Of a stretch of DNA of 64,000 nucleotides, positions 28,247-39,218 are shown piece after piece. The position numbers were made by a program, and so were the translations under genes. Below the pieces are notes generated by a model, which worked only from the letters and a program-made list of their open reading frames with translations, had not been told where the DNA came from and did no database searches. How positions within the stretch are numbered: the stretch's first letter is position 1; each line of letters begins with the position of its first letter. This stretch comes from a virus (lineage: Duplodnaviria; Caudoviricetes): positions 2,099 to 66,098 of the IMG/VR virus record IMGVR_UViG_3300006213_001191. One strand, written 5' to 3'.

Positions 28247-31200
28247 TTAAAATCTAACTCTGCCATTGTCTTTAAAAAATTGTTTTAGCATTTTATTAAA
28301 TTCTGACTGGCTTAGTTTTTCCGCCTCAACTGCATCCTGTTTTGTAGCGCTTCCCAAAAGATTATAAACTGGCGCATATGTAATATTAGGGCCAGTTGCT
28401 GCCGCTATTTTTGGCATATTCTCTTGGTCTGCTCCGGTTCCAATTCCTTTTAATTTTTCTAAAAGTATATCAACAATAGAGCTTCTGCCACCTGAAGAAA
28501 TTGTTTCGTTTAAGATATCTTTCATTTTTGTCCATAAAGTGTCAAGAGGCAGAATCGCTTCTGGTCCTGCTTCGCCTACTCCCTGCAAGCCTGCCGACGT
28601 ATTAAATAAAGTTGGCTTATCAAAGACACCTCCTTTTGCGTTCCAATTAACTTGAAATTGCGGAAGGCTTATTTTTCCATTATCACCATAAGGTTCTATT
28701 TGATAAGTTGTTGTAATAATAGGAATTTTTGGTTTTGGAATTACAATCGATAAATTTTCAAAAGCTGTTTTTATTGCGAGAGCAGCTTCTTGAGCCTTTG
28801 ATTGTATAATATTAACCAAATTGCTCATAGCACTATTCGCATTGCTCTGTACTGTATTCCATCCATTATCCAAAGCTCCGTTTATATCATTTGCCATAGC
28901 TGCCGCTGTTGTTGTTACTGTTGCAGCACCATTTGAAATTTCATTTCCTAAAGCTGTTGTTCCAGCCATTCCGGCAGTTGTAAAATTTTTTTCAATCCCC
29001 ATTGTATCAATCATTATTTTAGAACTGTCAAATGTATAAGCACTCATACTGTTATCTAAACTCGTCATAAATGCAGTCCCACTTTCTGTTCCAACATTAC
29101 TTAAATTTTGGGTAAAAGTACTGTTATTAAATGCCGAGGTATCAAGTGTAAAACTTGACAATCCGTTTGCAAGTGCCGCTGTATATGTTTGCGCTCCAGT
29201 GGTTCCTGCATTTGCAGCACTTGTATGGTCCAATGTGCTAAATGCCACAGACGAAAGATTATTTGCCGCTGTTGTCGCTGCCGTTGTACTACTTTCAATC
29301 CCTGCCGCATAGCTTTCGTCATCTCCAAAAATCCAGTTTTTAAAATCTGTCCATAATCCTTTTACAGAATCTATAAGGCCCGTAAAAGCACTGATAAATC
29401 CGTCTTTAATCCCTGACAATATATCTTTTCCGACTTGAAGCCAATCTGTTGAAAAAATAGCATCTATAATTGCAAGCGGAATATGTAATACAAAGGCTAT
29501 CAACGACGGTATTGATTTTATCAATCCTTCCAACAGCGAAGCTATAATTTTCATACCTCCTGCAATAATATTTGGCAGTCCAGTAATCAATCCCTGTAAC
29601 CATGCAAAAATTAATTGTATACCACATCGTAAAACGTTTGGAAGCATTTGAATCAATCCCTGAATCAGACCTGAAATCATATTAATTCCTGCCTGAACAA
29701 TCTCTGGCAACATTCCAGCAATGCTTTGTATGAGAGATACAATAAGTTCTACTCCTGTTTGTATAAGATTTGGCAGCATTTGCACGATACCTTGTATTAA
29801 TGCGGTCACAGTTTGAATTGCTGTATTTAGAACCTCTGGCAGCATTTGCACAATACCTTGTATAAACGATTTTATAATTTTTACTCCACTTGAAAAAATT
29901 TCTGGTAATTTAGAAATAATTCCCTGCATCAAGTTTATTACTAGATTAATTCCTGCCTGAATCATTTCCGGCAGCATTCCCAAAATACTTTGTACTAAAT
30001 TCTGTATTAATTGTATTCCAGCGTTTACTATATCCGGCATTGTTCCCATAATCCCATGTACTAAGGATAAAACAAGCTCTGCCCCCATTTGTATAATATC
30101 GGGCAACATTTTTATGGCTCCCTGTATCAAAGACAGGATAAGTTCTGCTCCCATTTGTATAATATCAGGCAGCATTTTTACAATGCTGTTAATAAGAATT
30201 TCTATCATTTGAGTAATTGTATGAATAATTTGAGGTATATTTTTTACAATCCCTTTTATCAAACTTACAACTATCTGCAGCGCCATTTCCGCAACACGCG
30301 GGAGCATAGATATAATACCCATACTTAAACTATTTATAAGCTGTACCGCCGCATTTAATAGTTCCGGGGCATTATTTAATATACTATTTACAAAAGTTTG
30401 TACTAATGTAATGGCTGTTGTTACAATAGAAGGCAATCTTTTCATAATTCCCTTTACAAAATTTGTAACAGCCTGCGTCCCGCTGCTAATAATTTGTGGT
30501 AATTGTCTTGTTATACTTTGGGCAAATTGTGTTATAATATCAATTCCTGCAAAAATAACCTGTGGAACCAAAGTAAACAACCCTTCCACAAAAATAGAAA
30601 TAACCTCTGCTGCTGAATCTGCAAGTGTTTTCGAATTGTCCGTTATCCCTACAATAAAATTTTTCAAAAGGTCCACACCCAGATTGATTACTTTCGGAGC
30701 ATAATCTGCTATTACATTCACAACTTCTGAAAGGCAATCCCCTACTGCGCTAATCATACCACTCATTCCGCCTTCTTTGTATGTTTCAGAAAGTTGTTTG
30801 ACCATATCTGTCGCCAATCCTGTCATTTTCCGAAGTGGTCCATTCAAATCTTTATAAATACTAATCCCTAAATCTGAAAGCCCTGATTTTAGAATATCAA
30901 TATCACCATTTAGATTGTCAAGCTGAATGGCATACATGTTTTCACAAGCCCCTGCGCTATTTTCGATTACTGCACTTAATTCTTCAAATCTATTTCCTGT
31001 ACCTTTAAGGACAGATTGTAAACCCGAATATAAAATAACTGATTGTTCGCCTGCCATGCCAAATTGCTTTAACATTTCTGCGGAAAACTCTTCTTGTGTT
31101 GTCATTATGTCAAAATTATCCGCCATTTCCTGCAAATTAATGCCAAGTGCGGCCAGGCTGGTTCCTGATTCTGCCAATGAGGCATCCATAACCGTTCCAA

Positions 31201-32143
31201 GTGACTGTACAGAATCTGCGGTTGCTGAAAGCATTGCTCTTGCAGAAGCAAGGTCAGTCAGCTTAAAAATTGTTGATAATGTATTGTTTACCTCTTCTGC
31301 GCTTGCTCCTGCCATTGCCCTGTTCAAATCTCCAAACACATCTCCAAGGCTTCGCATATTTCCTTCCGCATCGTAGGCTTTTAATCCCATATCTTCAAAC
31401 ATCTCTGCTGCCGCATCATTTCTAGGGCTTTGCAAAGAAAGAATCATATTCCTTAAATGTGTGCCTCCTTCTGAAGCTTTTATTCCATTATCTGCTAATA
31501 TTCCAAGAGCAGCGTTTAATTCTGTTGTTCCTCCGGCAAGCCCTTGAGCAGTTCCACCGACTGTTAATATAGCCTCTCCAAGCTGTGCAACACTAGTATT
31601 GGATTTACTTGCGGTCTGTGCCATTTTATCTGCAAAACTTGTTAAATTTTCTTCTGTCGCTTCAATCCCAAGAGCAGACATACTATCCGTCACCATATCA
31701 CTAGCTGCTGCAAGCTCCATGGCTCCTGCCCCTGCAAGTTTTAAAACCGTTGGAAGTGCTGTTGCTGCCTTATCTGCATCATAACCTGCAAGGGCTAAAT
31801 AATTTAAAGCCTCGGCTGCTTCCGTTGCTGAAAACGCCGTACTTGCTCCGCAGTCTCTGGCCGCATTTTCCAATGTTTCAAAAGCCTTCTGTCCATTCTC
31901 AGTAGTCTTATCAATCAGCATAGTTGCGGCGACCTGACTCATAGCCCCTTCAAATTCTCTTCCTGTATTTATAGCAGCTATGCCTATTCCGCCAACTGCG
32001 GCAGCAGCGGCAGCGGTGGCAGCTCCTACCGCTTTTGTGATTCCGCCAAGTCCTTTTGTTGCCTGCCCCAGCGCATTCTTAAATGAGTTTTCAACTTTTC
32101 CCGCTATTTTTATAGCAATTTCCATCTCTTTACTTCTTGCCAT
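28247..32143 (-). CDS. Tail tape measure protein
   Basis: 1298 aa; TAFSATEAAEALNYLALAG core and 11/22-aa amphipathic repeats. Confidence 0.96.
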   Translation of the reverse strand: MARSKEMEIAIKIAGKVENSFKNALGQATKGLGGITKAVGAATAAAAAAVGGIGIAAINTGREFEGAMSQVAATMLIDKTTENGQKAFETLENAARDCGASTAFSATEAAEALNYLALAGYDADKAATALPTVLKLAGAGAMELAAASDMVTDSMSALGIEATEENLTSFADKMAQTASKSNTSVAQLGEAILTVGGTAQGLAGGTTELNAALGILADNGIKASEGGTHLRNMILSLQSPRNDAAAEMFEDMGLKAYDAEGNMRSLGDVFGDLNRAMAGASAEEVNNTLSTIFKLTDLASARAMLSATADSVQSLGTVMDASLAESGTSLAALGINLQEMADNFDIMTTQEEFSAEMLKQFGMAGEQSVILYSGLQSVLKGTGNRFEELSAVIENSAGACENMYAIQLDNLNGDIDILKSGLSDLGISIYKDLNGPLRKMTGLATDMVKQLSETYKEGGMSGMISAVGDCLSEVVNVIADYAPKVINLGVDLLKNFIVGITDNSKTLADSAAEVISIFVEGLFTLVPQVIFAGIDIITQFAQSITRQLPQIISSGTQAVTNFVKGIMKRLPSIVTTAITLVQTFVNSILNNAPELLNAAVQLINSLSMGIISMLPRVAEMALQIVVSLIKGIVKNIPQIIHTITQMIEILINSIVKMLPDIIQMGAELILSLIQGAIKMLPDIIQMGAELVLSLVHGIMGTMPDIVNAGIQLIQNLVQSILGMLPEMIQAGINLVINLMQGIISKLPEIFSSGVKIIKSFIQGIVQMLPEVLNTAIQTVTALIQGIVQMLPNLIQTGVELIVSLIQSIAGMLPEIVQAGINMISGLIQGLIQMLPNVLRCGIQLIFAWLQGLITGLPNIIAGGMKIIASLLEGLIKSIPSLIAFVLHIPLAIIDAIFSTDWLQVGKDILSGIKDGFISAFTGLIDSVKGLWTDFKNWIFGDDESYAAGIESSTTAATTAANNLSSVAFSTLDHTSAANAGTTGAQTYTAALANGLSSFTLDTSAFNNSTFTQNLSNVGTESGTAFMTSLDNSMSAYTFDSSKIMIDTMGIEKNFTTAGMAGTTALGNEISNGAATVTTTAAAMANDINGALDNGWNTVQSNANSAMSNLVNIIQSKAQEAALAIKTAFENLSIVIPKPKIPIITTTYQIEPYGDNGKISLPQFQVNWNAKGGVFDKPTLFNTSAGLQGVGEAGPEAILPLDTLWTKMKDILNETISSGGRSSIVDILLEKLKGIGTGADQENMPKIAAATGPNITYAPVYNLLGSATKQDAVEAEKLSQSEFNKMLKQFFKDNGRVRF

Positions 32144-32275
32144 AGATGTCTGCCACCTCCTTTGCTATTTCTATTAATTCAAAAACGGACAGATTCTCTA
32201 ATGTATCTAAGCCTGTCCGCAAAATAATTGATAGGTGTATTGTTAATTTTCGAATATTAGAACCGTCTGTCCATT

Positions 32276-32656
32276 TTAATTTTCGCCGTACAAAAAATTT
32301 GTTACGCATCTTTTTATTTTAATAGCGTCTCTTGGCGGTAATGCCTTAAAAAATTCTACCGGCTGTCCTGAAGCTCTTGCTGAAATCAGGCAGGCATATT
32401 CCAAGCTCATTTCAGGCAGCGTATTTACTGTCCCACCACGCTCAATAACTTTGTTTACTGCAATCATATCAGCCGCGCTCAAGTTCTCTAAACCGGTTAA
32501 ATCTACACTATCGTAGCTAACTCCCTCAAATATAAAGGGATGCTTAAATACTACTAAATAAGGATTCTCCTCTTCCTCCTGAGTATTCTCTGTCAAAGTT
32601 ACAGGAAATTCCTGTTCTATCGTTTTGTCTAACTTTTCTTCCTTGTTCATTAACAC
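32276..32656 (-). CDS. Tail assembly chaperone (P2 gpE-like) with probable -1 frameshift extension to 32130
   Basis: Between tube and TMP; TTTTTTG at 32291-32297 just before the stop; -1 frame open to TAA 32130. Confidence 0.88.
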   Translation of the reverse strand: MLMNKEEKLDKTIEQEFPVTLTENTQEEEENPYLVVFKHPFIFEGVSYDSVDLTGLENLSAADMIAVNKVIERGGTVNTLPEMSLEYACLISARASGQPVEFFKALPPRDAIKIKRCVTNFLYGEN

Positions 32657-33180
32657 ATTTTCCTCACTTTCTCTAATAAATCTTTTCCATGCACTTTATA
32701 AACAAAATTAAGTTTATCAAGTTCAATCTCTGTCACATTTCCAATTTCAATTAAAATATAAAGAACTTCCAGTTTAATACTGCTTCCTGTTCCGCTTCCC
32801 TGTTTCGCTTTGCCTCCGGTAATGCCTTTATTTTTTCCACGAACTACAATACGCATAGGCTTCATAGCCGTTGCACCTGTACTGTTTATTGTATATTGAA
32901 TGGAACCTCTCAGGGTAATTGTTACTGAAGAAATATCATCTGAAAGGACAAATAAATCCCCATCCATAGTTCTAAATGGAATCTCCATTTCCATACTCTG
33001 AAAATGTCCAAGTGTCGGGTCATCAATCTCCCCTAAAATTCCCGGTCCGCTTAAAGTTTCTGTCAGGGATTCAAAATCGGGCAGAGTTACTTCCTCGGAA
33101 ATACCTATCAGCTTTTTCCCGTCTTTATAAACATTAAAGGAATTTATCTTTGAAGGAATATTATACATACTACTCTGCAC
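32650..33180 (-). CDS. Tail tube protein (FII-like)
   Basis: EVTLPDF..LSGPGILGEID..ELDKLN. Confidence 0.92.
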   Translation of the reverse strand: MQSSMYNIPSKINSFNVYKDGKKLIGISEEVTLPDFESLTETLSGPGILGEIDDPTLGHFQSMEMEIPFRTMDGDLFVLSDDISSVTITLRGSIQYTINSTGATAMKPMRIVVRGKNKGITGGKAKQGSGTGSSIKLEVLYILIEIGNVTEIELDKLNFVYKVHGKDLLEKVRKMC

Positions 33181-34633
33181 CTCCTAACGCTGCTTCTAAT
33201 ATTGTTGGGTCAAACTCTAGCACATTTAAAATATCTTCCGCCGGAGTATACGGTGCAAGATATTGATGAAACTGGATTTTTCCATTTAAAATCTCTGAAA
33301 CTGGATTTTCCTCTTCGCTGTAAGTAATCCTTGCGCCTGCGCACTTACCCTGCGCCATATAAGAATTTCCCCGGATATTTTCCGCATCACAGATAGCTTG
33401 AATAAGCCTTGTATCTATCAAATCGTCTACTTTTTGGAAATAGCTCAAAATGAAACTATTTCCCCACCAGCTAAAAAATCTGCGGCAGCAAAACCAACGG
33501 TCTTTTGGGTCTGTTGTCATTGGGTACGCAGCGCTGTTATTTCCCCATGAACGAAAACCATTAAAATTAACAGCAGTAACCACCCCGAAGCTATTAACTA
33601 TATTGGCCTGTTCTTGGTCTATTACAATCTCGCTGTTTTCTTCATCATCAAGACAAAGACCTGTAATCGGCAGGGCTTTATTGCTAATGCTTAAATTAGG
33701 CACATCATCATTGCTTGTATCTATGTAAGCAATTAACGCTGAATAAACTGCGCTGTAATAGTATACTTCATTTCCGATTCTTACTTTTGGCCATACCGGC
33801 TGCAAATGCTCACTGACAAAACCGGAACGCTCTTTTACAGCCTTTACATCCGTATATTTTACTGCCCCGTCTTTTGTACTGTCCAAATCAGTGATACACT
33901 CGCAAGTGAAAACACCGTTAATTTTAAGGCATTTCGCCGCCATAACTGAAGCCACCGCGGGGTCCTTGGAATATCCGGGACAGGTAATAATTCCGGGAAC
34001 TATGCCAAAAAGCGGGTATACATGGCGTATAAGTTCTAAACCGCTTTCTTTTCCAGTGCTTACATTATATCCTCCAATAATATCTGCACTTGTTACTTTA
34101 GAAGGGGCAATTTTATCACCAGAAATACTTAAACTTGCTGCGGTGTTTCCAGCCCCATTTTCAAGCAGGGTAATAATAGCATAGCCGTCGTCATTAAAAC
34201 TGGTAACATAATCTACATCTGCCTGCAGAATAGTTTCTCCATTCTCTACAACAAGCGTATCAAGCAAAATCCCTTCAATCGGTACAATTACCTGCAGAGC
34301 GTCTACGGAATAACTGCTTTTTGTTATTGATTCTTTGTGCTTTTTAGGGTCTAAAACATTAATTAAAGCAATCGGCGCAACACTGAATTTTGTAAAAGTC
34401 GCGCTTATACTCTGATTTAAGCTATAATCCTTTAAATTTTTAGAATATCCTATGGCTGCGCTTGCTTCCGATAAGTTATAAGCAAGTTTTACTATGTTAG
34501 TAGCATTATAGGGGTCCTCTGCCAAATTTACAGGCGAAACACCTACTACTACCTGAAACGCCGCTGTACCGACAATCGGAGCCGCCAAGCTGGTTGGATT
34601 TTCTAAAATTCTTATTCCATGATTGTATGGCAT
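33170..34633 (-). CDS. Tail sheath protein
   Basis: YNHGIRILE, INVLDP, GFRSWGN, PYTPAEDI. Confidence 0.95.
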   Translation of the reverse strand: MPYNHGIRILENPTSLAAPIVGTAAFQVVVGVSPVNLAEDPYNATNIVKLAYNLSEASAAIGYSKNLKDYSLNQSISATFTKFSVAPIALINVLDPKKHKESITKSSYSVDALQVIVPIEGILLDTLVVENGETILQADVDYVTSFNDDGYAIITLLENGAGNTAASLSISGDKIAPSKVTSADIIGGYNVSTGKESGLELIRHVYPLFGIVPGIITCPGYSKDPAVASVMAAKCLKINGVFTCECITDLDSTKDGAVKYTDVKAVKERSGFVSEHLQPVWPKVRIGNEVYYYSAVYSALIAYIDTSNDDVPNLSISNKALPITGLCLDDEENSEIVIDQEQANIVNSFGVVTAVNFNGFRSWGNNSAAYPMTTDPKDRWFCCRRFFSWWGNSFILSYFQKVDDLIDTRLIQAICDAENIRGNSYMAQGKCAGARITYSEEENPVSEILNGKIQFHQYLAPYTPAEDILNVLEFDPTILEAALGGAE

Positions 34634-34653
34634 CTCTTTCTCTCCTTTTCTGT

Positions 34654-34938
34654 TTATTTTTTGCTGGCTTTTTGATAGAGAATATTTAAAACGCTTCCCT
34701 CTTTTGCCAATTCTATGTTTGCCTGTGCCAATTTCTCAACTGGCACAATCAGCGAACGAAAAAACGGCTGCTCCTGAATTTTTTTCTTTAAAACATCTGG
34801 CAGACCGTTATTAAATACTGTATATTGCTTTGCCCCGGAAATATCCGGACCAATATATACTACTGTTTCCTGCTTTTGCATTTCTTCTTTTACTGGCGCT
34901 TTCTTTGTTAGTTGTATTTTTTTCTCTGCATCGCTCAT
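34654..34938 (-). CDS. Hypothetical phage protein
   Basis: VYIGP motif; in late operon. Confidence 0.75.
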   Translation of the reverse strand: MSDAEKKIQLTKKAPVKEEMQKQETVVYIGPDISGAKQYTVFNNGLPDVLKKKIQEQPFFRSLIVPVEKLAQANIELAKEGSVLNILYQKASKK

Positions 34939-35453
34939 GAATATTTGTCCTCCCTTCTAATTCCTGCAATTTCAAAAGTTAAACTCATACCTCCAAAATA
35001 GAAGGGATAAGTTTCTTCATCTTGTAAAGTCCATAAAATAGGATATTGAATTGTATATTTTCCATTTAATACAGGCGCTTTCGCAAACCTTTCATAGATT
35101 TTAGATATAATGTTTAAAATATCTTTATTTCCTTGCTTATCATAATCTTGTTCGTATGTACCTATCAACAAGGTAATATTCACTATCTGGGCGCTGTCCT
35201 CATCCTTTATCTCTCCGTCGTTAATACGGATAATAATATACGGATAGGGGTCAGGTGTCGTCTGCTCATCAATCAAACCATTTTCTAAAAGTTCAGGCGG
35301 TATATCCTGCGGATTTGCTGATTCCGGCATTGGTAAAAACTGCTCAAAAATATTTATGGTGCTTGTTTTATCCTGCGGATTTTTCAGTTGAAAATCTACA
35401 AAAATTTTTTTTAATTCATCTGCTAACTCACTTTGTAAAAATGCAGCAACCAT
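34935..35453 (-). CDS. Putative tail completion/terminator protein
   Basis: Position between the Z-like gene and sheath. Confidence 0.6.
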   Translation of the reverse strand: MVAAFLQSELADELKKIFVDFQLKNPQDKTSTINIFEQFLPMPESANPQDIPPELLENGLIDEQTTPDPYPYIIIRINDGEIKDEDSAQIVNITLLIGTYEQDYDKQGNKDILNIISKIYERFAKAPVLNGKYTIQYPILWTLQDEETYPFYFGGMSLTFEIAGIRREDKYS

Positions 35454-35454
35454 A

Positions 35455-36036
35455 TCATCCCTCCAATATCTTTCTTACTTGAATTTCTACATTCTGTTTA
35501 AAATTCTGCATAATATGAGGTTTTACTACACCATACACTCGCCTTTCATTTCCTAACATTATAGGAATTGAATTAGCAGAAAATGTTTTAATGGGGGTTC
35601 TTTTCTCACTTCTACGCTGAACAACTGCAACATAGCCACTGGAAAATTTTGTAACAAAGGCTTTTAATTTACCCATTTCTAAAGATTTCATACTTCTTGA
35701 TTTTAATACTTTTGCTTTTACTACCTCTGGACGTTTTTTCCCCGTTTGCATTTTAGCCGGGCTAACTTTAAAATCTTTCAGCCCCATAACCTTTCCTGTT
35801 GCCTGTATTGTTGCCTCTAATCTTGTTGGAGTAGCATTTTTAATTTTCATAGCCTTATTAAATCGCCCTGTTTTAACCGTATAAGTTTTTTGTGCCTCTG
35901 TTGATAAATCTTTTCTAGCTTGTTTAGCTGTTTGATTGATTGCATTTTTTAATGCTTTTGGAGCCTCGCTTTTCATTTGCCCTAATTTTCTTTCAACTTG
36001 GGCCAGTATATTTTCATCATAATTTATTTCTATCAA
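35455..36036 (-). CDS. Minor tail protein Z-like
   Basis: KALKNAINQTAKQAR..PIKTFSANSIPIML. Confidence 0.8.
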   Translation of the reverse strand: MIEINYDENILAQVERKLGQMKSEAPKALKNAINQTAKQARKDLSTEAQKTYTVKTGRFNKAMKIKNATPTRLEATIQATGKVMGLKDFKVSPAKMQTGKKRPEVVKAKVLKSRSMKSLEMGKLKAFVTKFSSGYVAVVQRRSEKRTPIKTFSANSIPIMLGNERRVYGVVKPHIMQNFKQNVEIQVRKILEG

Positions 36037-36365
36037 CTTTTATTTGCCTCCAAATGAAGAGAATATATTCCACCCTCGTTTATACTATCAGAAATAATAA
36101 AAGTCGCATTGTCTATTCTGACAGGCTTGCCTACTCCCGGAAGCGGCCCAAAATCTAAAGCATTAACATATATAAGTGTCTGTTTTTTATATATACCATC
36201 CATATGACTTTTCATCCGCTTCTCTCGTTCTGTAAGCTCATTATCATCAATAACAATGAACATCTTTTTACCATTTACTATATGTTCCTCTCCAAATTCT
36301 TCAGGATTAAGAAATACAGTTTTTGCGTCCTGACGTAAAATTTCTTTAAAAGTCATACTACGCAT
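36033..36365 (-). CDS. Head-tail joining protein
   Basis: TVFLNPEEFGEEHIVNG; position after head genes. Confidence 0.7.
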   Translation of the reverse strand: MRSMTFKEILRQDAKTVFLNPEEFGEEHIVNGKKMFIVIDDNELTEREKRMKSHMDGIYKKQTLIYVNALDFGPLPGVGKPVRIDNATFIISDSINEGGIYSLHLEANKS

Positions 36366-36669
36366 TAGATTTTCTCCTTCCCCTAGCGGGTTCCGGTTTT
36401 GCGCCTCTGATTTCCCTAGCTGGCGGTTTTCCTATCAAATCCTGCTCTGGTCCGGCAGAAGGATATGCATTACCAGAAAGACCCATCGAAGCTGACGCTG
36501 GTCTTACTTTTGCTTCTTGTTTCTTTGGTTCTTCGTTATCCCGCCATATGGCAGCACCATTACAAAGCCATATATCTACAAGCACGGAATTATGAATTGG
36601 CAGCTTATCCCCCGGCTTGTAATTCTGATTTCCAAAAAGAATTGACGAAACCGCTATAAGTTCTTTCAT
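36358..36669 (-). CDS. Hypothetical phage protein
   Basis: Coupled late-operon ORF. Confidence 0.7.
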   Translation of the reverse strand: MKELIAVSSILFGNQNYKPGDKLPIHNSVLVDIWLCNGAAIWRDNEEPKKQEAKVRPASASMGLSGNAYPSAGPEQDLIGKPPAREIRGAKPEPARGRRKSNA

Positions 36670-37022
36670 TATCCTGCCAATTTTACAAGCGCAACCATAT
36701 CATCTGCCGCTGCTGCCTGCACTGTATAGCCCGCCAAAGGATATGCAACCGGATTCTCTGCTGCCCCATCATTTTTTGCTGCCGTAACACCTGAACCATC
36801 AAAATATACATTTATTCCCATTTCAAGCGCCTGCTTTTCTGCTTTTGGTATTTCAAAAACACCCGTTACATGAAGTACGCCTGTTTCACCGGGAAGAATA
36901 TGCGTTCCGGCAATACCTATATGAGTGCCAAAAACAATTACTGTATTTGCTTCAATTGTTTCTGTGCTTGTATTTGTATAATCAAGAGTTTCTCCTCTCT
37001 GCCAATAAGTAGCTTTACTCAT
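36669..37022 (-). CDS. DUF2190-like capsid cement protein
   Basis: ATYWQRGETLDYTN..GVLHVTGVFEIPK. Confidence 0.85.
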   Translation of the reverse strand: MSKATYWQRGETLDYTNTSTETIEANTVIVFGTHIGIAGTHILPGETGVLHVTGVFEIPKAEKQALEMGINVYFDGSGVTAAKNDGAAENPVAYPLAGYTVQAAAADDMVALVKLAG

Positions 37023-37039
37023 ATGCCTTCTCTCCTTTC

Positions 37040-38587
37040 TTATGCTGCAATTTTTTCTCCCGGATTCTTTGCAATGCCTCTAAAATCTCTTACAGCAATG
37101 CCCCAATCCAAATAAATATCCCACTGAAAACCTAATACACCCGGTGTTTCCATACGTCTTACCGTCGGCGTTTCCTGACCGTTTAAGTAATCAACTTGGA
37201 TATGTTTTGCGCTGGCGGTATTGGCAACCATAAACCACGGTACGGCGTTCTCGCCTGCCAAAGCATTTAACACCGGGGTCTGAATTATGTTAATTGGATA
37301 ATTATAAAGCGGATTAATATCGTTATTGTTACTTCCTACTACCTGTGCACTATGAAGAATAACAGCAAGCTCAAACTCATATCCAACCGGCACAATAATA
37401 TGTTGAGGCGTAATATAAACCGCTTCCCCAAACTGGTCTTTCTGATGCTGCATTTGCAAAATAATAGACTGAATAGAAGCCTGCGAAGGCTTGGAACCAA
37501 TCCTAACAAGATTACCATGCTTTGCATCGAACAAGTTTACACCGTCAAAAATTTTGCCATTATTATAAAGCAAACTGTACACTTGTTTATCAATGGTTTT
37601 CTTAGCCGCTTGTGCGTAAAGCCCCGGAACTTCTGTCAAAAATCCAATATCGTCATTGATAAACGCCTGACGTGTCATGCTGAATGTTCGACCATAGGTA
37701 TCTAGTTTACGATTTGGCAACAATTCCGTTTTTGGAATATCCGGCTTTAATTCACCGTTTTCAGGAACCAGAAGAAAATCTCCCATTCCGCCGATTACAT
37801 ATTCATGGTCTGCTGTCTGCTTAAAATCTTTTAGGCTCCCTTTTGTAGTCCATGCCTGAAAAGTAGTCGGCACTGCATTATAAAGCTGTACAATACTTTT
37901 ACGGATTGTGTTGTCAAGAATTGCTGGAAAAGCTGCTGTAGGATTATAAAACTGACGGCAAAGTTCGCCATACATATCATCTGGTTGCATCCTTAAAAGC
38001 GTTCTGACATCACGTCCGTCGCGGCTCAAGCATTCAATCGCCAAGTCTCTAAGGCTCATGGCACGAAGCTCATTCGCTCCTTCTGCCGGAGTTTCCACAG
38101 ATACACCTGCTCTCATCATAAGCGCATCTGTTGCCCTTTCCCGAAATGTATCGCCTTCATCTCTTGTAACCTGTACATTTACTGGAGAGCTGCTCTGCTT
38201 CATGCTTTCGAGGATTGCGCCGCGCACCTGCTCTACGGTCGAACCATTACGAATGTGTTCTGACGGGTCAATATTAAAATCACGGCACAGTGCCATAATT
38301 TCTGTCGCGCGGTTCCGTTCCTCCATAGTTTCATTTTTTTGCGCTTCTGACGAAGCTGTTGGTATTGATGACTGTGCTTCTGGCGGCGCCATATTTGCTC
38401 CCGCATTTCCTGCAAGTCCTCTTTCCTGCGCTTCTATTTCTGCATCTGCCTGTTCGATTTGACGCTGATATTCATTAAATGCTGCCTGTTCTTCTGCTGT
38501 CAGCGCACGATTGCCCTCTGCCTTTGCAGTGTTTACAAGCGCCTGTTGTTTCAGCATAGCGGCTTCTCGTCTCTGTTTTGGTGTCAT
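37040..38587 (-). CDS. Major capsid protein (gpT-like) with scaffold-like N-terminus
   Basis: DFKQT, ENGELK, LDTYGRTFSMTRQAFINDD, VDYLNGQETP. Confidence 0.9.
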   Translation of the reverse strand: MTPKQRREAAMLKQQALVNTAKAEGNRALTAEEQAAFNEYQRQIEQADAEIEAQERGLAGNAGANMAPPEAQSSIPTASSEAQKNETMEERNRATEIMALCRDFNIDPSEHIRNGSTVEQVRGAILESMKQSSSPVNVQVTRDEGDTFRERATDALMMRAGVSVETPAEGANELRAMSLRDLAIECLSRDGRDVRTLLRMQPDDMYGELCRQFYNPTAAFPAILDNTIRKSIVQLYNAVPTTFQAWTTKGSLKDFKQTADHEYVIGGMGDFLLVPENGELKPDIPKTELLPNRKLDTYGRTFSMTRQAFINDDIGFLTEVPGLYAQAAKKTIDKQVYSLLYNNGKIFDGVNLFDAKHGNLVRIGSKPSQASIQSIILQMQHQKDQFGEAVYITPQHIIVPVGYEFELAVILHSAQVVGSNNNDINPLYNYPINIIQTPVLNALAGENAVPWFMVANTASAKHIQVDYLNGQETPTVRRMETPGVLGFQWDIYLDWGIAVRDFRGIAKNPGEKIAA

Positions 38588-38600
38588 TTTTTTATACCTC

Positions 38601-39218
38601 CTAATTTTTATTTTTATTTATTTGAAGTTGTGCTTCAAAACAAGTTAATGTTTTAGATTTATGGGATTTCTGTTCTTCTAAATCGCGGCCCACTCCCACA
38701 GTAGCGTCTGCTGGCACACTTACAATACTTACCTCATAAGGCGCCCATTGTCTTGCGACGTCGCAAGGTCCAATAAATCTTCCATCTATTGATGTTTTAT
38801 TTTGCATTACCTCTTCAATAATACCTATTTTATATCCTATGGAAACGCCCTTCAGCGTTCCGCTTTTCACTTTCTGAAAAATAATTTCGCTTTCATCATC
38901 TTTGTCAAACTCAATTTCTGCCATACCACGCTGATTTTCAACCCATGCTCTGTTTATTTTTCCTATTACTTTATCACGGTTATGGTTATATAATAAAACT
39001 CCTATGGTGTTTAGACGGGTCAGGTCAACCGCTGCCGGATTATGGTCTAAAATTTCTTTGCCCCAATAACGCTCATAAGGTTCCTCCGAAGAAAATGAAA
39101 GCATAAATTTTCTTTCGTTTCCTTCCCCTTCCATTGCCCGTATATAGGAAGAATTAAATGCTCTTATCTGGTTTTTGTTTGTTTTGCCGTCCGCTGTCTG
39201 GCTGTTCTGCTGATTCAT
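38601..39218 (-). CDS. HK97-type prohead protease
   Basis: LSFSSEEPY, LLYNHN, LKGVSIGY, PYEVSIVSVPADATVG; start uncertain. Confidence 0.9.
   Translation of the reverse strand: MNQQNSQTADGKTNKNQIRAFNSSYIRAMEGEGNERKFMLSFSSEEPYERYWGKEILDHNPAAVDLTRLNTIGVLLYNHNRDKVIGKINRAWVENQRGMAEIEFDKDDESEIIFQKVKSGTLKGVSIGYKIGIIEEVMQNKTSIDGRFIGPCDVARQWAPYEVSIVSVPADATVGVGRDLEEQKSHKSKTLTCFEAQLQINKNKN
38752..38767. repeat. 16-bp perfect palindrome CTTGCGACGTCGCAAG (also 48385, 48782, 62621)
   Basis: Four exact copies read in the sequence. Confidence 0.9.

Noticed and set aside
29600-30450. Periodic 33/66-bp repeats
   Set aside because: Ordinary tape measure amphipathic repeats
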